Assembly: GCA_033764015.1 (NCBI GenBank)
Contig: JANRJK010000021.1
Coordinates: 1 to 64,000, forward strand
Length of the DNA: 64,000 nt
Source: Candidatus Sumerlaeia bacterium
Lineage (GTDB): Bacteria > Sumerlaeota > Sumerlaeia > SLMS01 > JANRJK01
Reading direction: 5' to 3'
Part shown: piece by piece, positions 9,580-18,823 of the stretch
How positions within the stretch are numbered: position 1 is the first letter of the stretch
Layout of the letters: every line of letters begins with the position of its first letter
Position numbers and translations under genes: made by a program
Notes under the pieces: model-generated
Databases searched by the model: none
The model's input: the letters and a program-made list of their open reading frames with translations, nothing else
What the model was told of the DNA's origin: nothing

Positions 9580-11442
9580 GTGGAGGCGGAGCCCGCCGGC
9601 GGCCATCGGGGCGCGCCGCTTCCCGCCGCCGCGCTGTTCGCGCTGCTGCTGCTCCTCGCGGCGTTCCTGGTCGGCCACACAGCGGCGGTCCCGTTCTTCA
9701 CACTCGACGACTCGGATTACATCGGGCGCGTGGAGCGGCACCTGGCCGAAGCGCGCGCGGGGAACTGGGCGAAGCTCCTCGACACCGGGGATCCCGGCAA
9801 CCGGCGCGTCTACCCGGGCATGAACTTGTACACGGCGCTGCGGATCGCGCTGCTCGGGAAGAGCGGGTTCCTGTGGCACCTGTGGCACTTCGCGCTGTTC
9901 GCGGCGGTGGGCGTGGCGGCGGTGCGCTTCTCGGAGCGCGCGGCGGGGTCGCCGTGGCCCGGCGTCGCGGCGTTCGCCCTGCTGCTCGGCACGGGCACCA
10001 CGCACTACCAGTCGAACTGGTACAACTTCTTCAGCGTGAACACGTTCGAGCCGCCGCTGCTGCTGGCGTGGTCGGCCGCCGCGTGGGCCGGCGCGCGCGC
10101 GCTCTCGGCGGAACGCCGCCCCGGCTTCGCCCTGTGGAGCGCCGCGTGCCTCGCGGCGGTGCTCTGGGCGTGCGGCATCAAGGAGACGAGCGGAGCGGTG
10201 CACCTGATGTTCGGCGCGCCGGTGCTGGCGGCTGCGCTGCTCCGCCCCCGGTGGTTCGGCGTCGCGCGGCCCCGCCGCCTCGCGGCGCTGGCGGCGGCGG
10301 TGCTCGCGCTGTCCGTGGCGTACCTCGCGTTCGTCTTCGCCTCGCTTCCGAAGGACGCCGGCTACGGCGGCACCGGGATGCTGGTCAAGACGCCGTCGGG
10401 TTGGTTCGCGGCGCTTGGCACCTACCTGCGCGAATGGTTCGACGCCTCGTTCCTGCTGATGCCCCTGGGGGCGCTTTGCTGGGTGGCGCGCGCGTTCGGC
10501 GCGCGGGGGGAGGAAGCGCGCCGCGGCCTGTGGCCGGCGGCGCTGCTGGCCTGGGCCGGGGCGTCGCAGCTCTCGTCGCTGCTCGTCTGGCCGGAGCTCT
10601 CCATGCGCCTTTCGCAACCCGCCTACGGGGCGGTGCTGCTCGCCGCTTGCTGCGAGCTGGCGCTCGCGGCGCGCCTGGCCTTCCGGCAGGCGCCCTCCGC
10701 CGCTTCCCGGCGGACCGGCTGGGCGCTCGCCGGGCTGGCGGCGCTCGCGATCCTAGCGGGTCGGCGCACGCTCGGGGCCGAGCCCATGCTGTGGGGCGGA
10801 GCGCTCGCCTTGGCGGGTCTCGCCGCGGCGATGGCGGCGGGGCTGTGGCAGTCGCACCGCGGGCGCGAAGGCGTCCTCGTTCGCGTCCTGCCGGCGGTGT
10901 GCGCCTCGAATGCGGCGGCCGCGGGCTGCTTCCTCGCCGCCGCCACCGTGATCCACGCGTCGGGCTACCCGGTGCAGTTCCGGATGCTCGAGGGTTTGCG
11001 CACGCGGGTGTCGATCCACCTCGCGGGAACCGCGGCGCCGCGGGCGAAGGTGGCGTGGATGACGCCGCCTCGCTCGGAGATCTTCGCCTGGTCCGCCGCG
11101 CTGCACGCGAAGACGATCCTCGGGCGGGAGGACCTCGAGGAGGGTCCCTTCCATTGGATCGAATCGCGCGGGCCGCTGGTGAAGGGCGATGCGATGGTGT
11201 TCCTCGGCATGGTCGGCCCCGAGGAGGCGCCGGTGGGGTCGGGCGCTCTGGTGGCGCATCGGATCGAGGAGGTCGGCTACGCGCCTCCCTTCGCGAACGT
11301 GCGCGAGTTCGCCCGCTGGCTCGCCGGCGCCGGAACGGACCTGCGGACCCCCCGCCTGTCGTCCTCCTGGGCGGTGGTCCATACGGTCGATTCGATGCTT
11401 TACGAGGTCGACCCGGCCTTCGCGGCCCGGTACCGGCCGTAA
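9580..11442 (+). CDS. Polytopic membrane protein, probable GT-C-fold glycosyltransferase
   Basis: GTG start just after the helicase stop. First TM helix followed by an acidic DD motif (FFTLDDSDY), a KET motif, and many TM segments. Confidence 0.6.
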   Translation: MEAEPAGGHRGAPLPAAALFALLLLLAAFLVGHTAAVPFFTLDDSDYIGRVERHLAEARAGNWAKLLDTGDPGNRRVYPGMNLYTALRIALLGKSGFLWHLWHFALFAAVGVAAVRFSERAAGSPWPGVAAFALLLGTGTTHYQSNWYNFFSVNTFEPPLLLAWSAAAWAGARALSAERRPGFALWSAACLAAVLWACGIKETSGAVHLMFGAPVLAAALLRPRWFGVARPRRLAALAAAVLALSVAYLAFVFASLPKDAGYGGTGMLVKTPSGWFAALGTYLREWFDASFLLMPLGALCWVARAFGARGEEARRGLWPAALLAWAGASQLSSLLVWPELSMRLSQPAYGAVLLAACCELALAARLAFRQAPSAASRRTGWALAGLAALAILAGRRTLGAEPMLWGGALALAGLAAAMAAGLWQSHRGREGVLVRVLPAVCASNAAAAGCFLAAATVIHASGYPVQFRMLEGLRTRVSIHLAGTAAPRAKVAWMTPPRSEIFAWSAALHAKTILGREDLEEGPFHWIESRGPLVKGDAMVFLGMVGPEEAPVGSGALVAHRIEEVGYAPPFANVREFARWLAGAGTDLRTPRLSSSWAVVHTVDSMLYEVDPAFAARYRP

Positions 11443-11505
11443 CGCCCGATCCGGTTGCCTCCGGGCACCGATCCTGCATCCACTCGCGGCGAGAGGATCG
11501 AACCC

Positions 11506-12729
11506 ATGCACGCCCCCGCCCAGAACATCTCCATCGACCGCCAGAAGATCGAGGGATTGCGGATCGACGAGCGCCGCAAGCGCGGCGGTTTCCGCCCGGT
11601 GCTGATGGCGGTGCCGGTGATCCTGCTCGCGATCGGAGGCCTCGCGTTCTTCGCCTCGACGCTCGGCGACGGCGGAGTCCAGCGCTTCGACACGGCGGGC
11701 TACCAGGAGACCTCCACGGCGCCGGCGCCGCCCCGGCTGGCCGCGCTGCAGGAGTCCGGCACGCAGGCGCCCGCGGTGCCGGGCGAGGAGTTGTTCCGCA
11801 CGTCAGGCTATATAGTGCCCCGCGAGCGCATCGAGCTTTCACCCCGTTTCCAAGCCACCGTGGAGGAGATCCTGGTCGGCAAGGGCGACAAGGTCGCCGC
11901 CGGTCAGGTGCTGGTGCGCTTGGAGGACGACGAGTACGCGGCGCGCCTGGCGCAGGCGCAGGCGGAAGCCGGCCTGGCGGAGGCGCAGCTCGAGGAGTTC
12001 CGCAACGGCACCCGCCCCGAAGAGGTGGAGCGGGCGCGGTTCCGCGTTTCGGACGCGGAGGCGCAGCTCGTGAACGCCGAGGCGACGCTCTCGCGCCGGC
12101 GCTCCCTGTTCTCGGTGAACAGCGCCTCGCAGGAGTCGCTCGACGAGGCGGTGCGCGCCCGGGCCAGCGCCGAGGCGCAGCTCAACATCGCGCGGCAGGA
12201 GCTGGCGCTGGCGGAGCTCGGCCCGCGCCGCGAACAGGTCGCGCAGGCGGAGGCCCGCCTCGCCTCCGCGAAGGCCTCGGTGGCCGGAGCCCGCGTCTAT
12301 GTGGACTGGTGCACCATCGCCGCCCCGATCGAAGGCACGATCCTGACCCGCGAGGTGGACGCCGGGGAGCTAGTCGTCCCGCAAAGCTTCGGCGGCTCCG
12401 GGGGCCCCTCGACCAGCTTCCTCTCCATGGCCGACCTGACCGACCTGCAGGTGCAGGTGGACCTGAACGAGCAGTTCACCGCGCAGGTGTTCCTGGACCA
12501 GCTCTGCGAGGTGTCGCCGCTCGCGGCGCCGGAGCGGAAGTTCACCGGCTATGTGTTCGAGATCGCGCCGGAGGCGAACCGCGCGAAGGGGACGCTCGAG
12601 GTGAAGGTGCAGATCATCGACCCGGACGCGAGCCTGACGCCGGAGCTCTCCGCGCAGGTCTCCTTCCGAAACGGGAAGTACGACGGCGCCGCCGGGGACC
12701 GGACGAAGCGGACGCGCCGCACGCAGTAG
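11506..12729 (+). CDS. Efflux periplasmic adaptor (membrane fusion protein, HlyD/MacA-like)
   Basis: N-terminal TM anchor, GDKVAAGQVLVRL lipoyl half, coiled coil, IAAPIEGTI, beta-barrel. Confidence 0.88.
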   Translation: MHAPAQNISIDRQKIEGLRIDERRKRGGFRPVLMAVPVILLAIGGLAFFASTLGDGGVQRFDTAGYQETSTAPAPPRLAALQESGTQAPAVPGEELFRTSGYIVPRERIELSPRFQATVEEILVGKGDKVAAGQVLVRLEDDEYAARLAQAQAEAGLAEAQLEEFRNGTRPEEVERARFRVSDAEAQLVNAEATLSRRRSLFSVNSASQESLDEAVRARASAEAQLNIARQELALAELGPRREQVAQAEARLASAKASVAGARVYVDWCTIAAPIEGTILTREVDAGELVVPQSFGGSGGPSTSFLSMADLTDLQVQVDLNEQFTAQVFLDQLCEVSPLAAPERKFTGYVFEIAPEANRAKGTLEVKVQIIDPDASLTPELSAQVSFRNGKYDGAAGDRTKRTRRTQ

Positions 12730-12812
12730 CAGCCCGGACAACCGCCGTTGAAGGTGTTGAAGGTACCGGGGCGCCGCGCGTAGGAACCAGCGGAGCCCGG
12801 TGAGCCGGGCCC

Positions 12813-13406
12813 GTGGAGCCGGCGGTGGAAGAACTTACCGACGCGGAACTGATGCGGCGCCTCCGAAAGGGGGACAACGACGCGTTCACGGCGCTCGTGG
12901 AACGCCACGAGCAGCCGCTCCTGCGCTTCCTGTGGGGACTCCTGCAGGACGCGGAGGAGGCTCGCGACGTGGCGCAGGACGCCTTCCTGCAGGCGTACCG
13001 GCACCGGGAGAAGTACAACCCGGCGATGAGCTTCCGCACCTGGCTCTTCACCATCGGACGCAACCGCGCCATCAGCCTGCTGCGGCAGCGCAAGTTCCGC
13101 GGGCAGCTCCCCGACCCGTCCCCCTACGAGGAGGACGCGCCGGACCCGATGCTCGCGATCCCGGACCCCGGGGAGAACCCCCGCGAACAGCTCCTGCGCA
13201 GCGAGGACGCCCGATGGCTCCGCCTCGCCCTGCAGCGGCTCGACGACAAGCACCGTCAGGTGATCGAAATGAAGTACCTGGGCGGCATGAAGAGCCGCGA
13301 GATCGCCGACCTGCTCGGCTTGGAAGTGGGCACCGTCTGGTCGCGGGTCCACCACGGACTGAAGAAACTCAAGGCCGTTTCGGCGGAGATGAACTATGAA
13401 TGGTGA
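12813..13406 (+). CDS. ECF RNA polymerase sigma factor
   Basis: AFTALVERH, ARDVAQDAF, FRTWLFTIGRN, region 4 EIADLLGLEVGTVWSRVHHG. Confidence 0.93.
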   Translation: MEPAVEELTDAELMRRLRKGDNDAFTALVERHEQPLLRFLWGLLQDAEEARDVAQDAFLQAYRHREKYNPAMSFRTWLFTIGRNRAISLLRQRKFRGQLPDPSPYEEDAPDPMLAIPDPGENPREQLLRSEDARWLRLALQRLDDKHRQVIEMKYLGGMKSREIADLLGLEVGTVWSRVHHGLKKLKAVSAEMNYEW

Positions 13407-16041
13407 CGCCCGGGACGAACTGCTGGTCGGATACCTGGAGCTGGACCTCCCCGAGGGGGAGCGCGCCCGGCTGGAGCGCCTCCTCGAGTCGGACTCCGCG
13501 CTTTCCGCGGACCTGGAGCGGCTGCACGCGCTGGACCGCTCGCTCTTCCAGGCGTCGGAGGCGGCGTGGCGCCGCAGCGGCCTGGCGGGAGTGCGGCTTG
13601 ACGCCGCCCGCATCCTGGAGGCGGAGCGCGGCGGCGACGCGCTGGCGATGTCCGCGCCGCGCCCCCGCGCGCCCCGCGCGGCGAAGGCGCCCCCGGCGCA
13701 GTCCGCGCCGCGGAGCCGCTGGCGCGCGCTTTCGCAGCACATGCCGCTGGCGGCGGGCCTCGCGCTCGTGCTGCTCGGCGCCTCCGCGCTCTTCGTGCAG
13801 CGCGAGACGGCGCTCGGCATGCTCCGCGCCCCGCGCCCGGTGGCCGTGGTCGCCGACTCGAACGCCGCCGGCATCGAGGACGGATCGCAGGTGCTCTCGC
13901 GCGAGGAGTACCGCCTCGGCCCCGGCGAACGCATCGGCCTTTCCCTGGCCGAGCGGAGCAACTCGCTGCTCTACATCGAGGGCCCGGGCGCGTTCCGGGC
14001 CGCCGACGCGGACACGCTCCGCCTCGAGGGCGGCTCGCTCTACCTTTCGCTCCCCTCCTCGGAGCGGCCCTTCGCCATCGAGCTGCCGGGAGGCGTCCGC
14101 GTGGAGGCGACCCGCGTGGTGTTCGAACTGCGCGAGGACGAACTGCGGGTTAAGGACGGCACGCTGCGCCTGGTCCGCGGCTCCGCGCCGCCGCTCGACC
14201 TGGTGGTCGGGCAGGCCGCGCCGGCGGGCGCGGGACAGGCGCTCCCGCGCCAGCTCTCCGCCCGCGAGATCCTGTCCATCGGCACTTGGACCGGGGCCAT
14301 GACGGTGCCGGAGCGCGGCGCGGAAGGAGCGGAGGAGCGCTCGCAGGCGCCGGCGCTCGATTCCCAGACGGGAACGGTCAGCGCCTCCGCACTGCTGTCG
14401 CTGCTCCCCGGCGACGCGATCGGCGCCATGATCGCCACCTCCGGCGAGGCCGCCTCCGCGGGCTTCGACGGGCCGCTGGTCGCCGCGCTCCTGCCGCGCA
14501 CCCGCATCCCCTACCTGCTCACGCTCTCCGACGATCCGCGCCGGGCGGCGGACGGCCTGCTGGACCTGATCGGCCCGGTGCTCTCCTCGAACGGCGTCTG
14601 GACGGAGGATTCGCAAGGGCTGCCGTACCTGAAGCTCGCGCGGCGCCCGACGGCGACGGAGCCGAACGCCAACACCGAGACGGCCCGCCTGATCGTGATG
14701 CCGAAGGGCGCGCTGCTGCTGCCGGACGGCGCGGTGATGGCCGGAGGGGGGCAGCTCGCCCGCGGGGTCTCCCTCGGCGACACGCTGCTTGGGCGCGAGC
14801 TCACCGCCACGTTCTCCGACGTCGAACCGGGCCAGACCGCCTTCGTGCTCGACGTGCCGGCGCTGCTCCGCCGCAACGGGCTCGCGCGCGAAACGGTTTC
14901 CTCCCTGTCCCTCTCGCCGGGCTCGGTCCTGTCCGGCACCTTCTCGGTGCGCGACGGGCGCTGGCGCCTCGAAGCCTCCATGCCGCTGCTCGCTCCGGAA
15001 GGCGCCGAGCCTCCCTCGGAGCCCACCGGCCCCTCCCCCGAAGCGCTGGTGGAGCTGATGCCGCCCGACTCCGCGGTGGCGTTCGCGCTGCGCGCGGCGG
15101 ACGGCCCCGCGCTACTGGCGCTCTGGCAGCAGCTCCTGCTGCACGAGGTCTACGCCGGCGACGGGGCCGCGCTGGCAACGCAGACGGCGGACCTGGAAGA
15201 CCGCCTCGGGGTCGACCTCGCCACGGTGGCGGGGCTGCTCGATGGCAGCGTGGCGGTGTCGCTGGCGCCGGGCGGCGACGGTGCGGCGGAGATGCTGGCG
15301 ATGGCCGGCGCCGCGGATCCGGAGAAGCTGGCGGGGTACTTCGCCGCGGCCGCGCTCCCCCGGCTCCTGCGCCCCGCGCTGGATGGCGAATTCCTGGAGG
15401 CGGCGAGCGGCTGGCGCTTCCTCGCGTCGGGGCCGCTGCTCCTTGCTGGCAACGCGCCCGCGCGTCTCGCGGCGGTGTCCGGCGTCCCGCCCGCGGCGGG
15501 TGTGGACGACGATCCGGGAGCGTTCCCCGTCGCGGCGATCCGGCTCGCGTCCGCGGGCGGCGAAGGCGACGCCGCGGACTTCCTGCGCGTGGTGCTTTCG
15601 ATGCGCTCGGACTCGCCCGCGCTCGGCGTCCGCGCCGACGCGCCGGGCACCCGTGAGGCGCTCGAGTCCGCGCTTTCCTCGCTGGGCCTTCCCGCGCAGC
15701 TCGACTTGGACACGCGGCGCAACGCGCGCTCCGTCTCCGCGCGCCTCGACGAGGCCGCGGAGGCGATCCGGCGCTTCGGCGCCGATAACGGCCGGGCGCC
15801 CCGCGACCTCGCGGAACTGGCCGCTTCGGGGCACCTGCCCTATGCGATGAACGATCCGTTCCGCCGCGATGGCGGGCCGCTGTCCTACCGCGCCGACCCG
15901 GCGACCGGGGTGTGGATGCTATGGAGCCACGGACCCGACCGCACGGACGACGACGGCGCGATCGAATGGACCGAGGCGCGCCCCGTCTCCGACCCCGGCG
16001 ACCTGGTGCGCCGCGGCGTCGCCCCGCGGCGCGCGCGCTGA
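13396..16041 (+). CDS. Large transmembrane anti-sigma factor: anti-sigma domain, TM, FecR-like, DUF3352-like region, pilin/GspG-like C-terminal domain
   Basis: Overlaps the sigma stop. ELLVGYLELDLPEGERARLERLL (anti-sigma-like), TM LAAGLALVLLGASALFV, FecR-like LRLEGG...PFAIELPGG...LRVKDGTL, C-terminal DPF...Y...LWSHGPD...GDL. Confidence 0.75.
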   Translation: MNGDARDELLVGYLELDLPEGERARLERLLESDSALSADLERLHALDRSLFQASEAAWRRSGLAGVRLDAARILEAERGGDALAMSAPRPRAPRAAKAPPAQSAPRSRWRALSQHMPLAAGLALVLLGASALFVQRETALGMLRAPRPVAVVADSNAAGIEDGSQVLSREEYRLGPGERIGLSLAERSNSLLYIEGPGAFRAADADTLRLEGGSLYLSLPSSERPFAIELPGGVRVEATRVVFELREDELRVKDGTLRLVRGSAPPLDLVVGQAAPAGAGQALPRQLSAREILSIGTWTGAMTVPERGAEGAEERSQAPALDSQTGTVSASALLSLLPGDAIGAMIATSGEAASAGFDGPLVAALLPRTRIPYLLTLSDDPRRAADGLLDLIGPVLSSNGVWTEDSQGLPYLKLARRPTATEPNANTETARLIVMPKGALLLPDGAVMAGGGQLARGVSLGDTLLGRELTATFSDVEPGQTAFVLDVPALLRRNGLARETVSSLSLSPGSVLSGTFSVRDGRWRLEASMPLLAPEGAEPPSEPTGPSPEALVELMPPDSAVAFALRAADGPALLALWQQLLLHEVYAGDGAALATQTADLEDRLGVDLATVAGLLDGSVAVSLAPGGDGAAEMLAMAGAADPEKLAGYFAAAALPRLLRPALDGEFLEAASGWRFLASGPLLLAGNAPARLAAVSGVPPAAGVDDDPGAFPVAAIRLASAGGEGDAADFLRVVLSMRSDSPALGVRADAPGTREALESALSSLGLPAQLDLDTRRNARSVSARLDEAAEAIRRFGADNGRAPRDLAELAASGHLPYAMNDPFRRDGGPLSYRADPATGVWMLWSHGPDRTDDDGAIEWTEARPVSDPGDLVRRGVAPRRAR

Positions 16042-16054
16042 TGGCGCAGGTTCG

Positions 16055-16291
16055 TTAGAACCAGGCTTTCTTGCCGACCATGTAGATCTGCTCGAACTCC
16101 TCGTCCGACTTGACGAGGTAGATGATGCCTTCGATCAGGCCGATGATCGCGCCGATGCCGCACAGGAAGCTGAGCACGATCCGCAGGATGCCGCCCATGA
16201 TGTCGCCCATCAGGAACCGGTGCACGCCGAAGCCGCCGAGAAGGATTCCGAGTATTCCGCAAAGGATGCGATTGCTGCCGCCGCTGGCCAT
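16055..16291 (-). CDS. TM2 domain small membrane protein
   Basis: GILGILLGGFGVHRF, GLIEGIIYL, K(K)AWF C-terminus. Confidence 0.88.
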   Translation of the reverse strand: MASGGSNRILCGILGILLGGFGVHRFLMGDIMGGILRIVLSFLCGIGAIIGLIEGIIYLVKSDEEFEQIYMVGKKAWF

Positions 16292-16382
16292 TCGAGGACT
16301 CCGCAGGGAGGGTTTTGGAGCGATTGGGTTGCGCGTCTAGGAACGCCGCGCCTCTTGCGGAGCGTCAAGGCCCGGGTGGCCG

Positions 16383-18023
16383 CTACTCGCCCTGAACAAC
16401 CGCTTCCTTATCGATTCCCAGGGCCTTGATGCGCGAGGCGAGCGTGGTGGGCTTCGAGTCGACCAACTCCGCCGCGCCGCCGGGGCCGCTGATCTTGCCG
16501 TTCGCCTTCTTCAGCGCCTTCACGATGTTCGCCCGCTCCAAGTCTTCCAGTTCCGTGTAGGTGTAGATTTTCTCCGCCATGATGTCTTCTCGCGGGATGA
16601 CGAGCAAGCGGGAGGAACTCGCCGGCAGGCTGTCGTCCGGGATGCTCAATTCCAGGACGTCGCCGACGGAGGTGATGACGGCGCGCTCGATGACGTTCTG
16701 GAGTTCGCGGATGTTGCCGGGCCAGACGTAGTTCTGGAGCTGCATGACATGGCGGTCGGCGAGGCGCAGGCCCTTGCGCCCGAAGCGCTTGCAGGCGCGC
16801 TCGAGGAACGCGGCGGCGATCGTGGGGATGTCCTCGAGGCGCTCGCGGAGCGGCGGCAGCTCGAGGGGGAACACGCCGAGGCGGTAATACAGGTCCTGGC
16901 GGAAGCGGCCCTTCGACACCTCCTTCTTCAGGTCGCGGTTCGTCGCCGCGATCAGGCGCACGTTGACGCGCTTGGTGACGTCCTCGCCGACGCGCTCGAA
17001 CTCGCCCTCCTGCAGCACGCGGAGCAGCTTGCTCTGCAGCTCCATGGGGATCTCGCCGACTTCGTCGAGGAAGAGGGTGCCGCCGTGGGCGAGCTGGAAG
17101 CGCCCGATGCGGTCCTTGACGGCGCCGGTGAAGGACCCCTTCACGTGGCCGAAGAACTCGCTCTCGAACAGTTCCCGCGGGATCGAGGCGCAGTTCACCT
17201 TCACGAAGGAGCGGTCGGCGCGCGAGCTGCGCCCATGGATCTCGGAGGCGATCAGCTCCTTGCCGGAGCCGGACTCGCCGAGGATCAGCACCGTGGCGTC
17301 GGTGGGCGCGACCATCTCGATCTGCTGGAGGGCGCGGCGGAGTCCCGGGCTGTTGCCGAGGATCTTGCCGAAGGCGCGGGTCTCGCGGATCTCCTCGCGC
17401 AGGTATTCGTTCTCCTGGACGGCGCGCTGCTTCTCGCGCTCGAGGCGGCCCACATCGCGGCGGTTCTCGATGGCGAGGGTCACCTGGTCGGCGAACAGCC
17501 CCAGCCAGCGCGCGCCCTCCGCGACGAAGTCGTGCGTCGGCATCTTCACGAACACCGCGAGGACGCCGTACACCGTGCCGTCCATGATCATGGGGACGGC
17601 GTGCATGGCCTGGATGCCGCCGCGCTGCGCCCATTCGGGGTACTCGGGCCACTCGGCGGGCGCGGAGTAGAGGTGCGCCTGCTTGGTCTTCACGATCTGG
17701 CCGATGAGCGGTTCCGCGGGCGGCACGCGCGAGAAGTCGCCCCAGCGGTGCGTCCACTCGTGGTACTCCTCGCCGGGCGGGTGGTTCAGCGAGCAGGCGA
17801 CGAGCTTGAGGATGCCGCAGAAGTTCGGCGCGGCGAACTCCTCGTCCACCTGCGCGAGCATGCACTCCTCCATCCAGACGCAGGCGCGCGCGAGGTGGCC
17901 CCGTTCGCCCATGCCCTTGACGATGGCGTCGAGGATCGTGCCGACGGTGGGCTCGTGCGAGGCCCTTCGGAGTAGGTCGCGGAGGGAGTCGAACTCGACG
18001 CGATAGTTCGTTTGCTCTGCCAT
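16383..18023 (-). CDS. GAF-domain sigma54-dependent transcriptional activator (FhlA/NifA-like bEBP)
   Basis: GESGSGKE, ESEFFGHVKGSFTGA, GTLFLDEVGE, FRQDLYYRL, WPGNIRELQN, C-terminal HTH. Start placed at ATG 18023 (MAEQTNY). Confidence 0.92.
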   Translation of the reverse strand: MAEQTNYRVEFDSLRDLLRRASHEPTVGTILDAIVKGMGERGHLARACVWMEECMLAQVDEEFAAPNFCGILKLVACSLNHPPGEEYHEWTHRWGDFSRVPPAEPLIGQIVKTKQAHLYSAPAEWPEYPEWAQRGGIQAMHAVPMIMDGTVYGVLAVFVKMPTHDFVAEGARWLGLFADQVTLAIENRRDVGRLEREKQRAVQENEYLREEIRETRAFGKILGNSPGLRRALQQIEMVAPTDATVLILGESGSGKELIASEIHGRSSRADRSFVKVNCASIPRELFESEFFGHVKGSFTGAVKDRIGRFQLAHGGTLFLDEVGEIPMELQSKLLRVLQEGEFERVGEDVTKRVNVRLIAATNRDLKKEVSKGRFRQDLYYRLGVFPLELPPLRERLEDIPTIAAAFLERACKRFGRKGLRLADRHVMQLQNYVWPGNIRELQNVIERAVITSVGDVLELSIPDDSLPASSSRLLVIPREDIMAEKIYTYTELEDLERANIVKALKKANGKISGPGGAAELVDSKPTTLASRIKALGIDKEAVVQGE

Positions 18024-18151
18024 GGCGTGGGTCCTCGCCAACGAGTTTGCGTTACTGGATTTCGTGTCCGCGTCGCCGTCGCCGTTCCGCATGGTGGTCG
18101 GCGCTCGGCGCAACCCCTGTGAAAAGAACAATCGGCGAATTCCCCGGGAAC

Positions 18152-18169
18152 CGGGCACGAACGATGAAA
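18152..18169 (+). promoter_or_regulatory. Candidate sigma54 -24/-12 promoter for the ahpD-like/YHS operon
   Basis: cgGGCACGaacgaTGAaa: good -24 element and correct spacing, but GA instead of GC at -12. Divergent bEBP gene adjacent. Confidence 0.35.
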
Positions 18170-18229
18170 GGAGTCCTTGCGAAACTGGCGCCGCAACCGA
18201 CGCCGCAACCCACCGAAGGAGTCGGCGCC

Positions 18230-18784
18230 ATGCCGCGCATCGCCACCGTCACCACGTCCGAAGCAACCCCCAAGGCGCAGGTCCTCCTTGGCGCCGTCGA
18301 GAAGAAGCTGGGGATGATCCCCAACCTGATCCGCACCTTCGGCCGTTCCGAAGCGACATTGGAAGCATACTTGAACCTCTCCGGCGCGCTCGCCGGGGGC
18401 AAGCTGAGCGCGCAGGAGCGCGAGATCGTCGCGCTCGCCGTGGCCGAGGCGAACGACTGCGCGTACTGCCTTGCGGCCCACAGCGCGATCGGCAAGGCCG
18501 TCGGCCTGGGCCGCGAGCAGATCCTCGACGCGCGCCGGGGCACGCTTTCGGACCGCCGCCAGGAGGCGCTCGCAACGCTCGCGCGGCAAATCACCGACTC
18601 CCGCGGCCACCTCGCGGACGAGCAGCTCGACGCCGCGCGCCGCGCCGGCCTCCACGACGAGGACATCCTCGAAGTGGTCGGCAACGTCACGCTCAACATC
18701 CTGACCAACTACACGAACCACATCGCCGCCACCGTGGTCGATTTCCCGGCGGCGGAGCCGCTGGAAGCGATCGCCGCGCGCTAA
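18230..18784 (+). CDS. AhpD/carboxymuconolactone decarboxylase family peroxidase-related enzyme
   Basis: MPRI start with SD GAAGGAG, GMIPNL, EREIVALAVAEANDCAYCLAAH (CxxC), TNYTNH. Confidence 0.9.
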   Translation: MPRIATVTTSEATPKAQVLLGAVEKKLGMIPNLIRTFGRSEATLEAYLNLSGALAGGKLSAQEREIVALAVAEANDCAYCLAAHSAIGKAVGLGREQILDARRGTLSDRRQEALATLARQITDSRGHLADEQLDAARRAGLHDEDILEVVGNVTLNILTNYTNHIAATVVDFPAAEPLEAIAAR

Positions 18785-18823
18785 GCGCGGGCCACCCCCC
18801 GACCCGTCAAGGACTCCACGCCC

